This document shows positions 24,081 through 36,049 of a stretch of 64,000 nucleotides of DNA, one piece after another (the first letter of the stretch is position 1; each line of letters opens with the position of its first letter). The DNA is from Coniocarpon cinnabarinum (lineage: Eukaryota), in NCBI GenBank assembly GCA_051942205.1, contig JAVECO010000094.1:1-64000 (forward strand). The letters run 5' to 3'. The position numbers were made by a program, and so were the translations under genes. The notes under the pieces were generated by a model. The model saw only the letters and a list, made by a program, of their open reading frames with translations, was not told the origin of the DNA and ran no database searches.

Positions 24081-24152
24081 GGAGCTACTAGGGAATAGGG
24101 AAAGGGAATAGGGACAGGAGCTACTGGGGAACAGGGAAAGGGAATAAGGACA
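24081..24152 (+). repeat. 2 x 36-nt purine-rich tandem repeat containing a G-quadruplex motif
   Basis: Units GGAGCTACTAGGGAATAGGGAAAGGGAATAGGGACA and GGAGCTACTGGGGAACAGGGAAAGGGAATAAGGACA differ at 3 positions. Confidence 0.85.
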
Positions 24153-24566
24153 AGAAAGGATGAGGACGAAAAGGGGATAGGATCGGATCGGATTGGGGCT
24201 ACGGGACACTCACTACACGATGTCACGAACATGTATGATTCTTTTCCTATTACTTACTGACGCTCGCTCGTGCCTGGCACTCTGCGGATCAGCGTGGCGC
24301 TGGGATCTTAATTTTGTATGATTAGGGGAAATCAGGATGCGATTGCTGTGAAGAAAAGAGATTTTGATTCCACAATTAGTGAGCTATTCTTTTCCTTGTG
24401 TGATCACTTTGCAGTGCGATGGGATGTGATTGAAGTTTACTTGCGACATATCAAGGACGATTTGGCCATTTCTGCTGGGATACTGTGTAAAGCTCGGTCA
24501 CTACTATTTCTCTTACGGCTCATACATGTACTATCATTGTACTCAAATCCCCCAAACATATGACAC

Positions 24567-26588
24567 TCATCGCTGCCAGTCTTCGCGCCCGATATTCGCA
24601 TACTGCCCATACTCACTCCGTCCATCTCGTGCTCTGGCCCCATTCCGTCCAACACCAGGGATGTCATATTCCGACCTCTGACTCCTCGACGGCAAACGCG
24701 GCCGTCGCGCATCCGCTTGACTCATTGAACTATTCGAATAGGCATTCGATTGCTGACGGCCGAAGTGGTATCCGAAGCGATTTCCTTGCTCTGGACCGCG
24801 CGAGGTGCTGCGACCGCGTGGCGTTGCGTTGGAGTAGCGATGGTTTGGACCACGTGAAGCGCTGCGGCCGCGTGCGGGAGTCACGTCAGAGTAGTCATGA
24901 TTTCGACCACGGGAGGCGCTGCGACGGCGGGGAGTCACGTCCGAATAGTCGTAGTTCGAAGTTTGGGTCCTGCTGCGGCTGGAGCGCGTGCGTGAATGCG
25001 CTCGAGAATGGCGAGTAGGATACGGGGTATTGGCATCTGTGGGTCGAGTATGGGCTGGAAACTTGCTTTTCCGGGTTGGAACGCGAGTGTTTCCCTGGTA
25101 GCTGTCTGTCACGGTTTCCACAGTAGGGAAGTAATACGAATTGGCAGCGCCGTTGGGAGGGACACGACTTTTAGAAGCGCGACGCGTGGGCTGTGGTGGT
25201 CCACGGTCGTCATTCTGAAAATTGGATGGTGCGCGAGAGGAAGAACGACCTCGTCCTTGATTTGGCGGGGCCTGGGATCGAGCTCGAGAAGATGAGCGAC
25301 CGCGTGCCCCTGGGTCGATGTCGGAACGCGTGCGAGAAGCGGAGCGTGATCGCATTCGAGATGCACCGCGTGGATTTTGCTCATACACTGACGCAGTGCG
25401 AGTGCAGCTTCGACCTCGCGTTGGCTCCGGCGCGTCGTTGACACCGTAAGCACCAGGACCTGGGGAATAATTCTGGTCTCCAGCGGCAGGGATAGGCGCA
25501 GCGCGCGAGCCACCAAAGACACGAACATCGACGCGCTCACAGCGAGATTGAGATGGAGCACGTTGGCCTTTCTCGGCCTCCTTCTCTTGCTTCTTCTTCG
25601 CCCTCTGTCCGTCTTTCGCGGATGGGACGTCTGAGCCGAGAAAGCGTGCCGCGTGGTGTGCGTTCCATGTCTGAGGTGGGTCAAGCTCACGTGTCACAGT
25701 AACGCCATAGTATGAAGCCCCAGGTGGTCCATGAAACAGTTCAGACGGCAGAGTGTGATGCTCAAGACCTCGACCGCTGATTGAAGTAGTGCGTCGGCTA
25801 GCGCTACGTCCACGTCCCTGCTCGGGCATGCCTGGATTTACTTGGGCACGGATTGCGCTTCGGCTCTGAGAGCGACCGCGTGGTTGAAGATCAGACTCGC
25901 CGATATTGCTGGGTATACGGCTCGCGGAGCGGCCACGAGGCTGTTGACTCGATTCACTAATGTAGCTTGGAGTACGACTCGTGGACCGGCTGTCCGGTGT
26001 GCGGCTGGACTCGCTGCCACGTCCTGCGCCACTCGCAAAGCTGCGTGCGCGGCTTGCAGAGCGACCGCGCTGTTTCAAGTTTGGATCTTCACCAGGAATG
26101 GGATTAGGCCCGCGGGAAACAAAGCTAGCACGAGACGCTGAACGACCAGGCGGACGTCGCGATCCGCCAGCTTGGAAAGGAGGCTGTCGAGACGCTTGAC
26201 GAGAGGCTTGATGAGGTAGCCCCGGACCATTTGGTGGCTCCCGACGACTAGTGACTGGGGTATTGTAAGGGCCAGGATCCTGCCCATAGGTTTCCTCATC
26301 CACGTATTCAGGTTCAGCTGGCGGTGGTGGAACATCCCTTGGGTCATCCGCATAGGGATTTTGCAGAACTTGTTGGCCAGGAGGAACATCTGGAGGCAGG
26401 GGCGCGTCGCCACCACCATTCCCACCGCCACCTCCACCTCCGCCTGGTTGCTCTGCAGGGTTAGTCTTGTCAGCCGATTCTTTTTTCGTTGCACGTCTAA
26501 CAAATTCGTTCCTACCCTTCCTACCCAATTCTGGATTCCAGCGAACTTTCAGGTTGTCATTGATTTTGAATTCTCGACGTTCGGCCAT
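24567..26588 (-). CDS. Hypothetical Arg/Ser/Gly/Pro-rich disordered protein with RGRSxSR repeats
   Basis: 673-aa uninterrupted ATG ORF with about 12 copies of an RGRSASR-like motif and no recognisable globular domain. Confidence 0.78.
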   Translation of the reverse strand: MAERREFKINDNLKVRWNPELGRKGRNEFVRRATKKESADKTNPAEQPGGGGGGGGNGGGDAPLPPDVPPGQQVLQNPYADDPRDVPPPPAEPEYVDEETYGQDPGPYNTPVTSRREPPNGPGLPHQASRQASRQPPFQAGGSRRPPGRSASRASFVSRGPNPIPGEDPNLKQRGRSASRARSFASGAGRGSESSRTPDSRSTSRTPSYISESSQQPRGRSASRIPSNIGESDLQPRGRSQSRSAIRAQVNPGMPEQGRGRSASRRTTSISGRGLEHHTLPSELFHGPPGASYYGVTVTRELDPPQTWNAHHAARFLGSDVPSAKDGQRAKKKQEKEAEKGQRAPSQSRCERVDVRVFGGSRAAPIPAAGDQNYSPGPGAYGVNDAPEPTRGRSCTRTASVYEQNPRGASRMRSRSASRTRSDIDPGARGRSSSRARSQAPPNQGRGRSSSRAPSNFQNDDRGPPQPTRRASKSRVPPNGAANSYYFPTVETVTDSYQGNTRVPTRKSKFPAHTRPTDANTPYPTRHSRAHSRTRSSRSRTQTSNYDYSDVTPRRRSASRGRNHDYSDVTPARGRSASRGPNHRYSNATPRGRSTSRGPEQGNRFGYHFGRQQSNAYSNSSMSQADARRPRLPSRSQRSEYDIPGVGRNGARARDGRSEYGQYANIGREDWQR

Positions 26589-28031
26589 ATGAAAGGCTTA
26601 ATCAAAGTGATCGTAAAAAATGTGTAGAAATCAGTGGCAACTAAGAGTCGTGAGGAGTTTGCAGAATCGGCCAACATCTTGAATTGTTTGGTTCCGGGCT
26701 GTGGTCTAATACCGCAGAAGCATGAGGCACTGTGCAGAGGAATGTGAAATGCACAGAGATGGCACAAGTCCGCCTCTACTACTTGCATCCGCCAAATGCA
26801 TGTACAGTGGCAATGATGCTACAGTGCCTTTTACCGACTCCATCATGATTAGGCATGATAGGGTCGCAGCTAGGGAAAATTTCGGGTCGAAAACTGTGGA
26901 CTTGTCTACAAGTTGTACATGCCTCCTTCGCAGGTTGGATAAATGCACACGGGACTTTCAGGCATTGAGCTCGGAAAGACGTCTCTCCCGACCATGCCAG
27001 TCACGAGGGATTGCTTGCGTCAGTGAGACAATGTGTGTCATGTTGAAGAAGCGTGCACAATCCTTTAAGTCTCAGATGAACAACCGACACAGCATCATGA
27101 CTGTTTAGAGAAAGTCTTACCCAAACGACACAAATGTGAAGACATGTTCGCTTTTTGCGTGACAAGAAAGGGATCGCATAGATGAAATACATACATAAGT
27201 GAAGGAAGAAAAGAGAGAGAACAAGGTAAGAGGAAAACAAAAGCATGAAACCAACACAATGCTGCTGAGCAACCTCCACCATTTTACAATATTGTATCAC
27301 GCTTAGAAGAGCGATGTGATACACCCTGACATTGGAGTTAAGAGTACTTTCGAAATTGGCTAAAGCCATTGCAATTGCTGCAGACGAGGATGGAATCTTT
27401 TCAGGAGGTGCTGATGCTTTGTGCGCGGCCGTTACTTTGGGCACATTGACGTTTGTGAGGAGGGAAGACTGAGTTGAGGTCGGCGTGTCTGCCCGTGTAG
27501 CACCTGATTAGCTAAGAAGATAGCAGAAGCAGCCGCTGAGCGCAAGCAGAGGGATTTTCAAGGATGCCGAAGGAGCGTAGATGCAGTTGACCCTTAAGGG
27601 ATGCAGAAAAGACGCACCCCGCATTCATGACCTGCCGATCGCCCAGAAGAGCGTGCGGGGGAGTGTCATAATAAGATCTTAGTACGTGAGTCAGTGGACC
27701 GGCCTGTCCAGGGGCCACGGCTGATGGGGGAAATACGAAGTGTACGCGTAAAGCAATCCGCCAGTCCAGAGCGCTCGCCCTCTATGCTCCATGCTCACGC
27801 CACCGTCGCTTCCTGTTCCTGCTTCTCTTGTACCATCCTCCACGCTCGTTTGTGGTGCCAAATATAGCACTGTTGTCTTTCTTTCCTTTCTGTCCAGCGA
27901 ATCGTTTCAGATCGCCGCTTAATTCTTGATCTCCCCTTCCTCACATTCCGGCCCGGCCGCCCACCCTTGCGCCTTTAGCGCAACACGGCTTGTAACATCC
28001 CTCAGATCGACCTCTCGATTTGTCCAATGTC

Positions 28032-29716
28032 ATGTCCGTTTTCAACTCGCAAGTAAAGCCCAGAGAAAGATCGGTCTCGAATGCATACCCCAATGGCAAG
28101 GGCCGCCGCTACACCCTCCCGACTCACCTACCCACAAAAGAGTCAGATTCCGCAAACAAGAGTGCTCTGGACATGAGGGACCGGTCGCGCGCGAGGATGC
28201 CATGGGTGAGGGTCATCATTGTGTTCGCAATAGCTGTAATTCTGCTTGTTCCTGGGTCGCAAATATACCGGTCGAGATGGACGCCGTACGGCATGTTCGG
28301 CGACGATTACGATAAGAATCCTACGAAACACTTGGTCATTGCCTCATATACAGGACAAGACGTGTCATGGCTGGATCAAGTACCTTCTGAGTATGTCCAC
28401 GGCTTTCTCCAGCTCGTGGGAAATCTGAAGCTTGATCTGACGTATGCGCATCTACAGTTGGACACCCTACCGCTACTTTCTTGACGATCCTAACCCCTAC
28501 AACGGACTTTCGGTTCCGCGCAACCAAGGCCGTGAGGCCATGGCCTACCTCACGTACATCATCGATCATTACGACAATCTCCCCTCCTACATGGTGTTCG
28601 TGCATGGTCACTACCAGTCATGGCATCAAGTTGAGCCGCTGCCCTGGAAGATCAGAGCTCTGAATTTGACGGCGTTGCAAAAAGAGCATTACATTTCACT
28701 CCGCTGTGGCGATCAGATGGGCTGTGAGCGAGTGCCATATTTGGACTCTTTACATGTCAATTGGCCGGGCGAGGAGGGCATGCGCGATTTTTGGAAGATG
28801 ATTATCCCTTACGAGGAGCTGCCGCAAAACATCAGCTACAAGTGCTGCGCTCAGCACGCCGTCACGAGGAAGGCAGTAAGGAGACGAAGCAAAGAAGACT
28901 GGATTCGAGTTAGAGCGCCCTTGATTGGTGACCTGGACGTGCTGGACATGATCCCCAAAGTTGCCTTTACTCCGCAGTGGATCGTCGGCGCGTGGTATGA
29001 AAAGTTTTGGCATGTTCTCTTTGGGGTTGGTGGCGAGTAGTGAGTGTTCTTCCTTGATTATGTTGCTCTCTCAACATATGCACGCAATTCAACTAACACC
29101 ACTTTCCCCTCACAGCTGTCCTAGCCAAGAATACTGTGCTCAGACTCACTTCTCCAACGCCATTGCCTGTGACCAAAACACGGACTGGCATATGGATGAT
29201 GGCGATGCCTGGACTGACACCATCTGCGTCTCCGCTTTTGACGGTCTTGCTCCAGATGAGCCGGCCAATCTAACAAATTTCGATATCGTCGACCTCGGCG
29301 CGCGACTGCACCGAGAACGAAAAGAACGCAAGATACGTGAGAAGGAGGATGAGCGACAACGTGTGGAGCACATGCAAGAGGTGCTAGCAACCGCCACGCT
29401 GGCGCCAAAGCCAACCCCTGTACACAGAAAGGGCGGTGTGAAAGATTGGGTCAAGGGGATCAAAGGCGTCATGGGCGGAGATGGAGGACGATGGGATGAC
29501 GAGGAGGAGGAGCCTGTAAGAGGCAAGGCGGACGGCAGCACCGGTGCAGCAACTGGCGAGCATGCGGACCAAGTCGGTGCAGCTGCTAAGGGCGCTGCAA
29601 AGGGAGGTAGTGAGAAAGCGGCAGCGGGTGGCGGCGTGAAACCCGGTGCCCAAGCTGGACAACAGGAGGCAGGCAAGGCGAATAAGCCGTGGAAGGCTAA
29701 TGAAGAAAGTAGATGA
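28032..29716 (+). CDS. DUF3431 family type II membrane protein
   Basis: TM segment VIIVFAIAVILLVPG, then HLVIAS..DVSWL, NQGREAMAYLTYIIDHYDNLPSYMVFVHGH..SWH, CCAQHAV and EKFWHVLFG. Two introns; the second splits TA|C. Confidence 0.88.
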
Positions 29717-30481
29717 GAAGTTGTTCGAGTAGTCAAAAATCTCAACGTACGGCCAGTGAGAGCCGTCGCCTCCGACTTTTGCCCACACCTGGATTTCATT
29801 TTGGTGCTACTGTCGCCTGCGCAATAGTCGCCTGCGCAATAGTCGCGATGGGTACGTTGATACAGGGCCAAGTATGCGGTGACATATGTCCATGTATGCC
29901 TTGATAAATGCAATATATATCATATCACGTATGAGAGATAGCGCAAGTGCTGAATGCGCTATGTGCTACAATGCGTGCAATTGATGGCGCGACCTATGCA
30001 GTGTCCAGAAGCGTGATTTATCCACCATGCGTACTGTGATATGTAGATGCGGCGAAATACGCTGATATATCATCCACATAATTTAGTATATCAGTCACGT
30101 GGATGCATGCATGCCATACATCAACATGTTGTGGCGGCAAGACTCTGCATTGAACGGCTGTGTACAAGGAGCAGTAGAATCTCAAGCGAAGCAATGACGC
30201 ACGAATCAAGTGTCTTCATCTCCAAACAACGCGAGTCTTGCAATCGCAGCCGAAGTTCATCGTTACTCGCAAAATGGCATGCACATGCACATGGCGGCAG
30301 GCTATCGCAGACCAAAAGCCGTATGCGCTCGGTGATGCACTACCACCTCTGAGGCTTGCCCATGTATCAAGTCAGAGCTCTCAAACTACTAACAGTGTAA
30401 CATCATTAATTAGATGAAAGCCACTGATCCAGTGTCGAGGTGGAGTCGGCCTGCAGAATGTCTTTTCGGAAGGCGACAAAG

Positions 30482-31753
30482 TCACCCTGGTACCCTAGTA
30501 TCTCCTTCGTCAGTCACAACGAACTGCAAACGCAAGCTCCCAGCTTTGATTTGAGAGAGTTGCGTAATCATGAAACCCTTTTTTTGTTTAAGAAATGTGG
30601 GAATATTTCTGGACATACCGTAGACCCTGACAGCCGCCATCAGCGCATCCGCTTGCACTCGCCCAGTAGATAAGGCGTTCGTAGACAAAATCACATGGGC
30701 CAACTCAGCTTTCCGGGACCCAATCAATTCCGCCAACTCGAGGCCCATTGCATCATTCTTCTCTTCAGCAGCCCGTTCAATCACACCCCGGACGTCTTGC
30801 GTGAACCTTTGAACACAGGCCTGACTCTCCAACGATGCTGAAGGCGCTCTCCAGAACTCGGGATTTGCAGCGAAGTACTCCCAAGGAGCGGTGCATAAGT
30901 CGCTCCAGTCGAGGACGGCTGTGATATTGTAATCTTCGTCGACGAGCACGTTGTTATAATGGAAGTCTGCATGGCATAGCGGAAATGGGCCGTTGGAGCA
31001 TGACGGTTGGAAGGCGTGCTTTGGAATTGTTTCCAAGATTTGGCAGGCGCGCTGAGTGGCTCGATCAGTGGGGTCAAGAGCCAGACCCTTCTTGTTGAGG
31101 GCTGCACGCCTTCTAGAGATGTATTCTATGGATACTTGCTCGCCTTTTGAGACGGTGATGTGGCATGGTAATTTGGCACTTGACTGCAGTTGGCCGATGC
31201 GGTCGAAACGAAGGCAGCAGATTTCGTAGAGAAAGATGCCAAATTGCTTTGTGAACTTATTTATATAGGCTTCCGGAACCGAATTCGCAAATTTTTTTTC
31301 CAAGTGCCATCCAGGCATTTTGTCCATGAGCAGAAACCATGCACCTACAGGCTGGTTGGTGTGTTTGGTCGCATTGTGCCCACGAATGGTGGGGACTGGA
31401 ATCGATGTATGAGCACGGACGTGCGTCATGACTGCCGTCTCATTGAGTATGCGTGCTTTTATTCCTTTTGCGTCGCCGTCTGCAGACTGCAACGGCACGC
31501 GTGCCACCCACTCGATCCCGTCTGAGAACTTCAACGTGAAGACAAAGTGATAGCGCCCAAAATTGAACTTGTCGGGCTGCACTTGGCACTGTACATGTTT
31601 TTCGCTCTGTGCAGATTTTGAGCGAAGCGTGGAGGCTTCCGAAGCCAGCGCTGTGAAGCTAATGCGAGCGAGAAGGTCTCGTAGAGCATCCGCATGCCAG
31701 TGGTTTGTGGGTAGAAGGGACTCAACGTTGGGCCAGTGATTCTCTTTGCTCAT
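30482..31753 (-). CDS. Aminoglycoside phosphotransferase/choline kinase-like (APH family) protein
   Basis: F.DGIEWVARVP, E.AVM..VRAHTSIPVP, FLLMDKMPG and catalytic FPLCHADFHYNNVLVDEDYNITAVLDWSD. First in-frame ATG is at 31753. Confidence 0.88.
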   Translation of the reverse strand: MSKENHWPNVESLLPTNHWHADALRDLLARISFTALASEASTLRSKSAQSEKHVQCQVQPDKFNFGRYHFVFTLKFSDGIEWVARVPLQSADGDAKGIKARILNETAVMTHVRAHTSIPVPTIRGHNATKHTNQPVGAWFLLMDKMPGWHLEKKFANSVPEAYINKFTKQFGIFLYEICCLRFDRIGQLQSSAKLPCHITVSKGEQVSIEYISRRRAALNKKGLALDPTDRATQRACQILETIPKHAFQPSCSNGPFPLCHADFHYNNVLVDEDYNITAVLDWSDLCTAPWEYFAANPEFWRAPSASLESQACVQRFTQDVRGVIERAAEEKNDAMGLELAELIGSRKAELAHVILSTNALSTGRVQADALMAAVRVYGMSRNIPTFLKQKKGFMITQLSQIKAGSLRLQFVVTDEGDTRVPG

Positions 31754-33156
31754 GTCCGCGCTCAGATCCAACGCCGACAGGGACAATTGCAATGAGTCCT
31801 GAAAAAGGCCTTCCGTTTTTTGGTAGTCTTAAGAACGAAGATTGAGTACGGGAAGATAGCGAAGATGCCGAACACCGTCGTGCTTTGCCAACGAACACAA
31901 TGTGATAGCGAAATGAAGGAATCGCCACTTGTCTCCCTGGAAGCATAAGACTTCGCGAGGGCCAGCATGACAGCGAAATAATATTGGGACTCATTCCCAG
32001 GAACTTTCTGCGGCGTAGGGCGCATATGTACGCCGCATACCTACGCCGCATAAGGTACGAAAGTCTGCCACGCTCAACACGCAAGGCCCACACGGCCGTC
32101 CGTGCGTTTGGGACTCGGCCGAATTAATCATAGGCCTCGGAATAGCAGCAGTTTCATTGGTGCAGGCCCAACCATGTTTCACTTCAGAATTACCTACAGA
32201 GAACAAACGTGTGCATGCAACTGCATTGGTGCCACATGCAGCGTCAAGCATCTCTGAGGCACATGTCCGCACTTTGCCAATCTTTTCTTTGGGATAAGCT
32301 CCACGCGTCAAGCTTCTGCGAGCCCTTTCCTCTCCGACACGATTCTAAGCAACACTTGGATTGCATAATGAGCAGGTCTAAAGAACTTTTCATACTGATC
32401 ACGATACGACTCTGTGCCTCTGCAAGTGCCGCTCCAGGATAGCGCAATTACATAAGATAGCTTAATGAAGCAGATGTTGAGTTGAGTGGAGTGGACAACT
32501 TGTCTTTTCGTGTTCGCCACATCTCATGACCGGCCTTCGACGTGCGAAAATTTGCACCTGCCTACATCCCAATCTCATGCGGCGTTGTGCCACTTGAAGC
32601 CATGAAACAATGAGAAATTTGGCGCTTAGCATTGTCTTTTCAACCGACGATCGAGGGGTCCATCACATGCAGCAGAACACTTTGCAGCTCCCAAATCGTC
32701 CCGTAAAGTGATTGCAGCCTTTGCTCATTGCTACTCAGCTTCACTCAAAGCAGATTCGATCTGTCGCTGAACTTTGCAAAGTTCTTCAGCAAGACGATTA
32801 ATCGCGACAAGCTGCGAAAGCAAAGATCATGTATGGCATGATGTCTATGCGTCAGCCTTGTTTCGGAGCAGCTTTGTGGGCCTGAAACATGCAAGCTCGA
32901 GGCGTTCATGCCCACAACGTTGCCTGAATAGCTCAGTAGCCCATGAAGGACACTTGTAGTATCTCATTGCTCAGAACACGTTTTAATTGTTCACAATGAT
33001 TATTAAAAGCGTCCAAAATGCATTCAGTCACAAGATTCCTTCAATCCATTGAAGTCTACCTTCATAGCGTCAGCTCAGATCAGCACTTGCCATTGCCTTG
33101 CATATTGAAAAAGAACAGCTGACCCAGCAAGCCTATCTCAGCCATCAGCGGAAGCA

Positions 33157-33862
33157 ATGAGCCATCATCAGCTCAAAGATCATCACCTCAAAAAGCATGC
33201 CAAGTGCGTTAAACCGTGGATTTTAAAATCTAAAACCCTCAAAATGTGCACGCTGACATAGTACGCAGGGCGCCCTCGTTGCACTCCAATCCCAGTGCGC
33301 ACGCTCATGATTTGCCTACCTCCCATGGCACACATGACCATGGGGGAGGTGGGTTTTTCAAAAGATTCGTTGGTAGAATTTTCGGACATGGCTCAACGCC
33401 ATCGCCAACGCCATCGCCAACTCCGTCACCGCCCAAGACGCCGTCACCGCCCAAGACGCCATCGCCGCCCAGGTCGCCAAGCCCACTTAAGACCATGCCA
33501 GAATGTTGGTCTTGCGAACAGCCACTCAAGGAGACCCCGCCATGCTTGTGTCCACACTGCGGGAAACCAAACCAGGAGGCAATCGTGGGCGCACGTCTGT
33601 CCACAGCTATCAGAGTCTGCAGACAGCCTCTAGTTGACGCTCTTCCTGTACTTAGAAATGCTTTTGTGATAGCAAACGATGCCCTGCGGGTCAGGTGCAT
33701 AGCTGCACGTCTTCATGGCTTCTCTCCGTGTCTTCTTGTCAGGAATGTGATGCCGGTGTTCAGCTTCTGGACTCTACGGCGCAAGTTTTCCAGCCGAGTT
33801 CTACCTCTTACATGTGCATTAAAGTTGATTGTACAATTGCATCTGCACATATCGCCATATAA
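33157..33862 (+). CDS. Hypothetical His-rich, Ser/Thr-Pro repeat, zinc-ribbon protein (spliced; 3' end uncertain)
   Basis: ATG 33157. Intron 33204-33268 (GTGCGT..CTGAC..CAG) is in frame with ORF 33246-33980. Contains TPSPPK repeats and CWSC..CPHC. Stop is 33862 if a second intron (33591-33655) is used, otherwise 33980. Confidence 0.6.
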
Positions 33863-34451
33863 ATGCACACATCAAGTCGCACGTGTAGAAAATATCGATA
33901 ACATATCAAATCATACGATTGGTATATCAGCATATATTGCAGCACACACATTCGCATGCACCACAGTCAACTATACCTGATCCACCGCGAAGTGTATCGC
34001 AGGCATCGATTGCATTGTTTCGCGCAGTGGATTCGGGACCTAGGCGAATTCTCACACATATATCTGATATACAAAGTCACATGACTGATGATAAGTCACG
34101 TGCTGTGTTATGTCAATGCATATATGAACGACGTGGTTAATATACACATTGATTTATGCCCATTTGTGCTAAAGTGTGTGTGAAGATAATACCACACATG
34201 CCGCAGTCTAGGCAGCGATGTCCACCGTAGGAAGGCAATGTAAGCGCGACGTCGACAACATTATGCGCTTACTCCAAAACAAGAGAAACAATAGCTCATG
34301 AGCCTTCAACAGTGCCATCCAACCAATGCGAATCAACCTGTGGCTAGACATCATCACAACGCTCGTGATTAATATCATCCAGTCAGGTATGCGTCCGACT
34401 TGACAGGCTTCGACTCCCGGGAACCTTCGAAGAAGGACACTAAGTGCCGCA

Positions 34452-35666
34452 ATGCTTGCACAAGTGACTCTGTTGACCCTTTTGCTGCTGTCACGGGCTG
34501 AGTTGAACCTCATGGGAAACAATTCATTTCAAATTGCCGTCTTCTCCGACCTTCACTACGGCGAAGATGAAGACAGTTTTGGGATTGCTCAGGACATCAG
34601 TTCAGCACGCCTGATCCGCCATGTCCTTGGCGCAGAACGTCCAGATTTTGCAGTCTTGAACGGCGACCTCGTCACAGGCGAAAACGCCTTTGCTTTTAAT
34701 TCGACCCAGTACGTTGGCAAGATTGTGCAGCCACTTGTCGAGAACGAATGCAGCTGGGCCAGCACATACGGCAATCATGACTCAAAGTACAATCTTAGCC
34801 GGGAAGAACTCTTCCTTGAAGAGTCGAAATATGCAAATTCATATACACAACACGGCCCTCCTGGCACCGATGGCGTGACAAATTATGTACTTCCATTGTA
34901 CGGCTCAGCTCACTTAGGCACACCTGAAAGTCAATCGCCTCTTCGTGGTGACTCTCCAAAACATCCTGTGGCTCTACTGTACTTTATCGACTCTCGCGGT
35001 GGCTCTCAGAATGACTCAACGAATCTTGATAACATCTCAGACTTTGTGACGCCCGGCACAGCCTTGTGGCTCAACTCCACACATCACGCACTTCTTCAAC
35101 GGCACGGTGTCTTGCCTTCACTGTTGTTTGTACACATCCCTGTGCAAGCCTTTTCAGATATGCGGCGTGAACTAAAGGACAGCAAGTCCAACCCATATTA
35201 TCCAGGTATGAACGCGGAAGATGTCAACCAACAGGGCACCGGTGCCGTTGGTAAAAATTGCTGTAAGTATGAAGGACAAGACATCCCTTTCATGCAGACG
35301 TTACTGGAGATGGAGGGCCTCCACAGCATCTATTCCTCACACAATCATGGAGACGCATGGTGTGGAGTGTGGCCCAATTCCACCATCCCATCATCGCCGT
35401 CTTTAACTAGAAGCAAGCAATATGCCAGCAACAGACGACCGTTCTTATGTTTTACGAAGCACAGTGGGTTTGGCGGCTATGGCCACTGGAATAGAGGATC
35501 AAGGCAGATCCAGTTGAGCTTTGGAGAACATGGTATGACGGTCAAGACGTGGGTGCGGATGCAATGGGGTGGTGATCATGAACCCGTGGTAACAAGCGTA
35601 ACACTCAATGAAACGTATGGGAAAGATGTATACGCTATGGAAGATGGGGGTTATCGTCCGCCCTAA
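34452..35666 (+). CDS. Secreted calcineurin-like metallophosphoesterase (Dcr2-like family)
   Basis: Signal peptide, then motifs FSDLHYGE, LNGDLVTGE, YGNHD, FVHIP, SHNH and HSGFGGYG. Confidence 0.9.
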   Translation: MLAQVTLLTLLLLSRAELNLMGNNSFQIAVFSDLHYGEDEDSFGIAQDISSARLIRHVLGAERPDFAVLNGDLVTGENAFAFNSTQYVGKIVQPLVENECSWASTYGNHDSKYNLSREELFLEESKYANSYTQHGPPGTDGVTNYVLPLYGSAHLGTPESQSPLRGDSPKHPVALLYFIDSRGGSQNDSTNLDNISDFVTPGTALWLNSTHHALLQRHGVLPSLLFVHIPVQAFSDMRRELKDSKSNPYYPGMNAEDVNQQGTGAVGKNCCKYEGQDIPFMQTLLEMEGLHSIYSSHNHGDAWCGVWPNSTIPSSPSLTRSKQYASNRRPFLCFTKHSGFGGYGHWNRGSRQIQLSFGEHGMTVKTWVRMQWGGDHEPVVTSVTLNETYGKDVYAMEDGGYRPP

Positions 35667-36049
35667 ATGCCCCGTCAGGCGGCTCCCATGAGAGATCATA
35701 ATCAGGCGAATGGAACATCCATCAGCGTTGCAGATTCTGTCGGACCACTATGCAGCGCGCACAGTGTTTGACATGACTTACACACCGCACTGTGCGCACT
35801 CCATGTGAGCTTCACCTGGCAACACGCTGCATCTGTGCAGAGTGCCCACCGCCTCTTGCGTCGCCAGGTTCCTCGAGTCTCCGCGCAACAGCCAGCCCTC
35901 GACGCTTCTTGACCTTGTTCTCCTTGTTCAATCTTGAAGTGGTCTGACTAAGGCTAGACTTTGTCTATCGTCACCGTCAGAACTACTGAAACGACCAGAC
36001 AATACACCATCTCTATTCTTATTCAAAAGACACCAAAGCACCAACAACC

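Noticed and set aside
27001..27718. Minus-strand ORFs of 147 and 68 aa
   Set aside because: There is no convincing start or splice model, and the hydrophobic stretch derives from a low-complexity tract.
29812..29846. 15-nt tandem duplication GTCGCCTGCGCAATA
   Set aside because: It is a simple two-copy slippage repeat in a 3' region.
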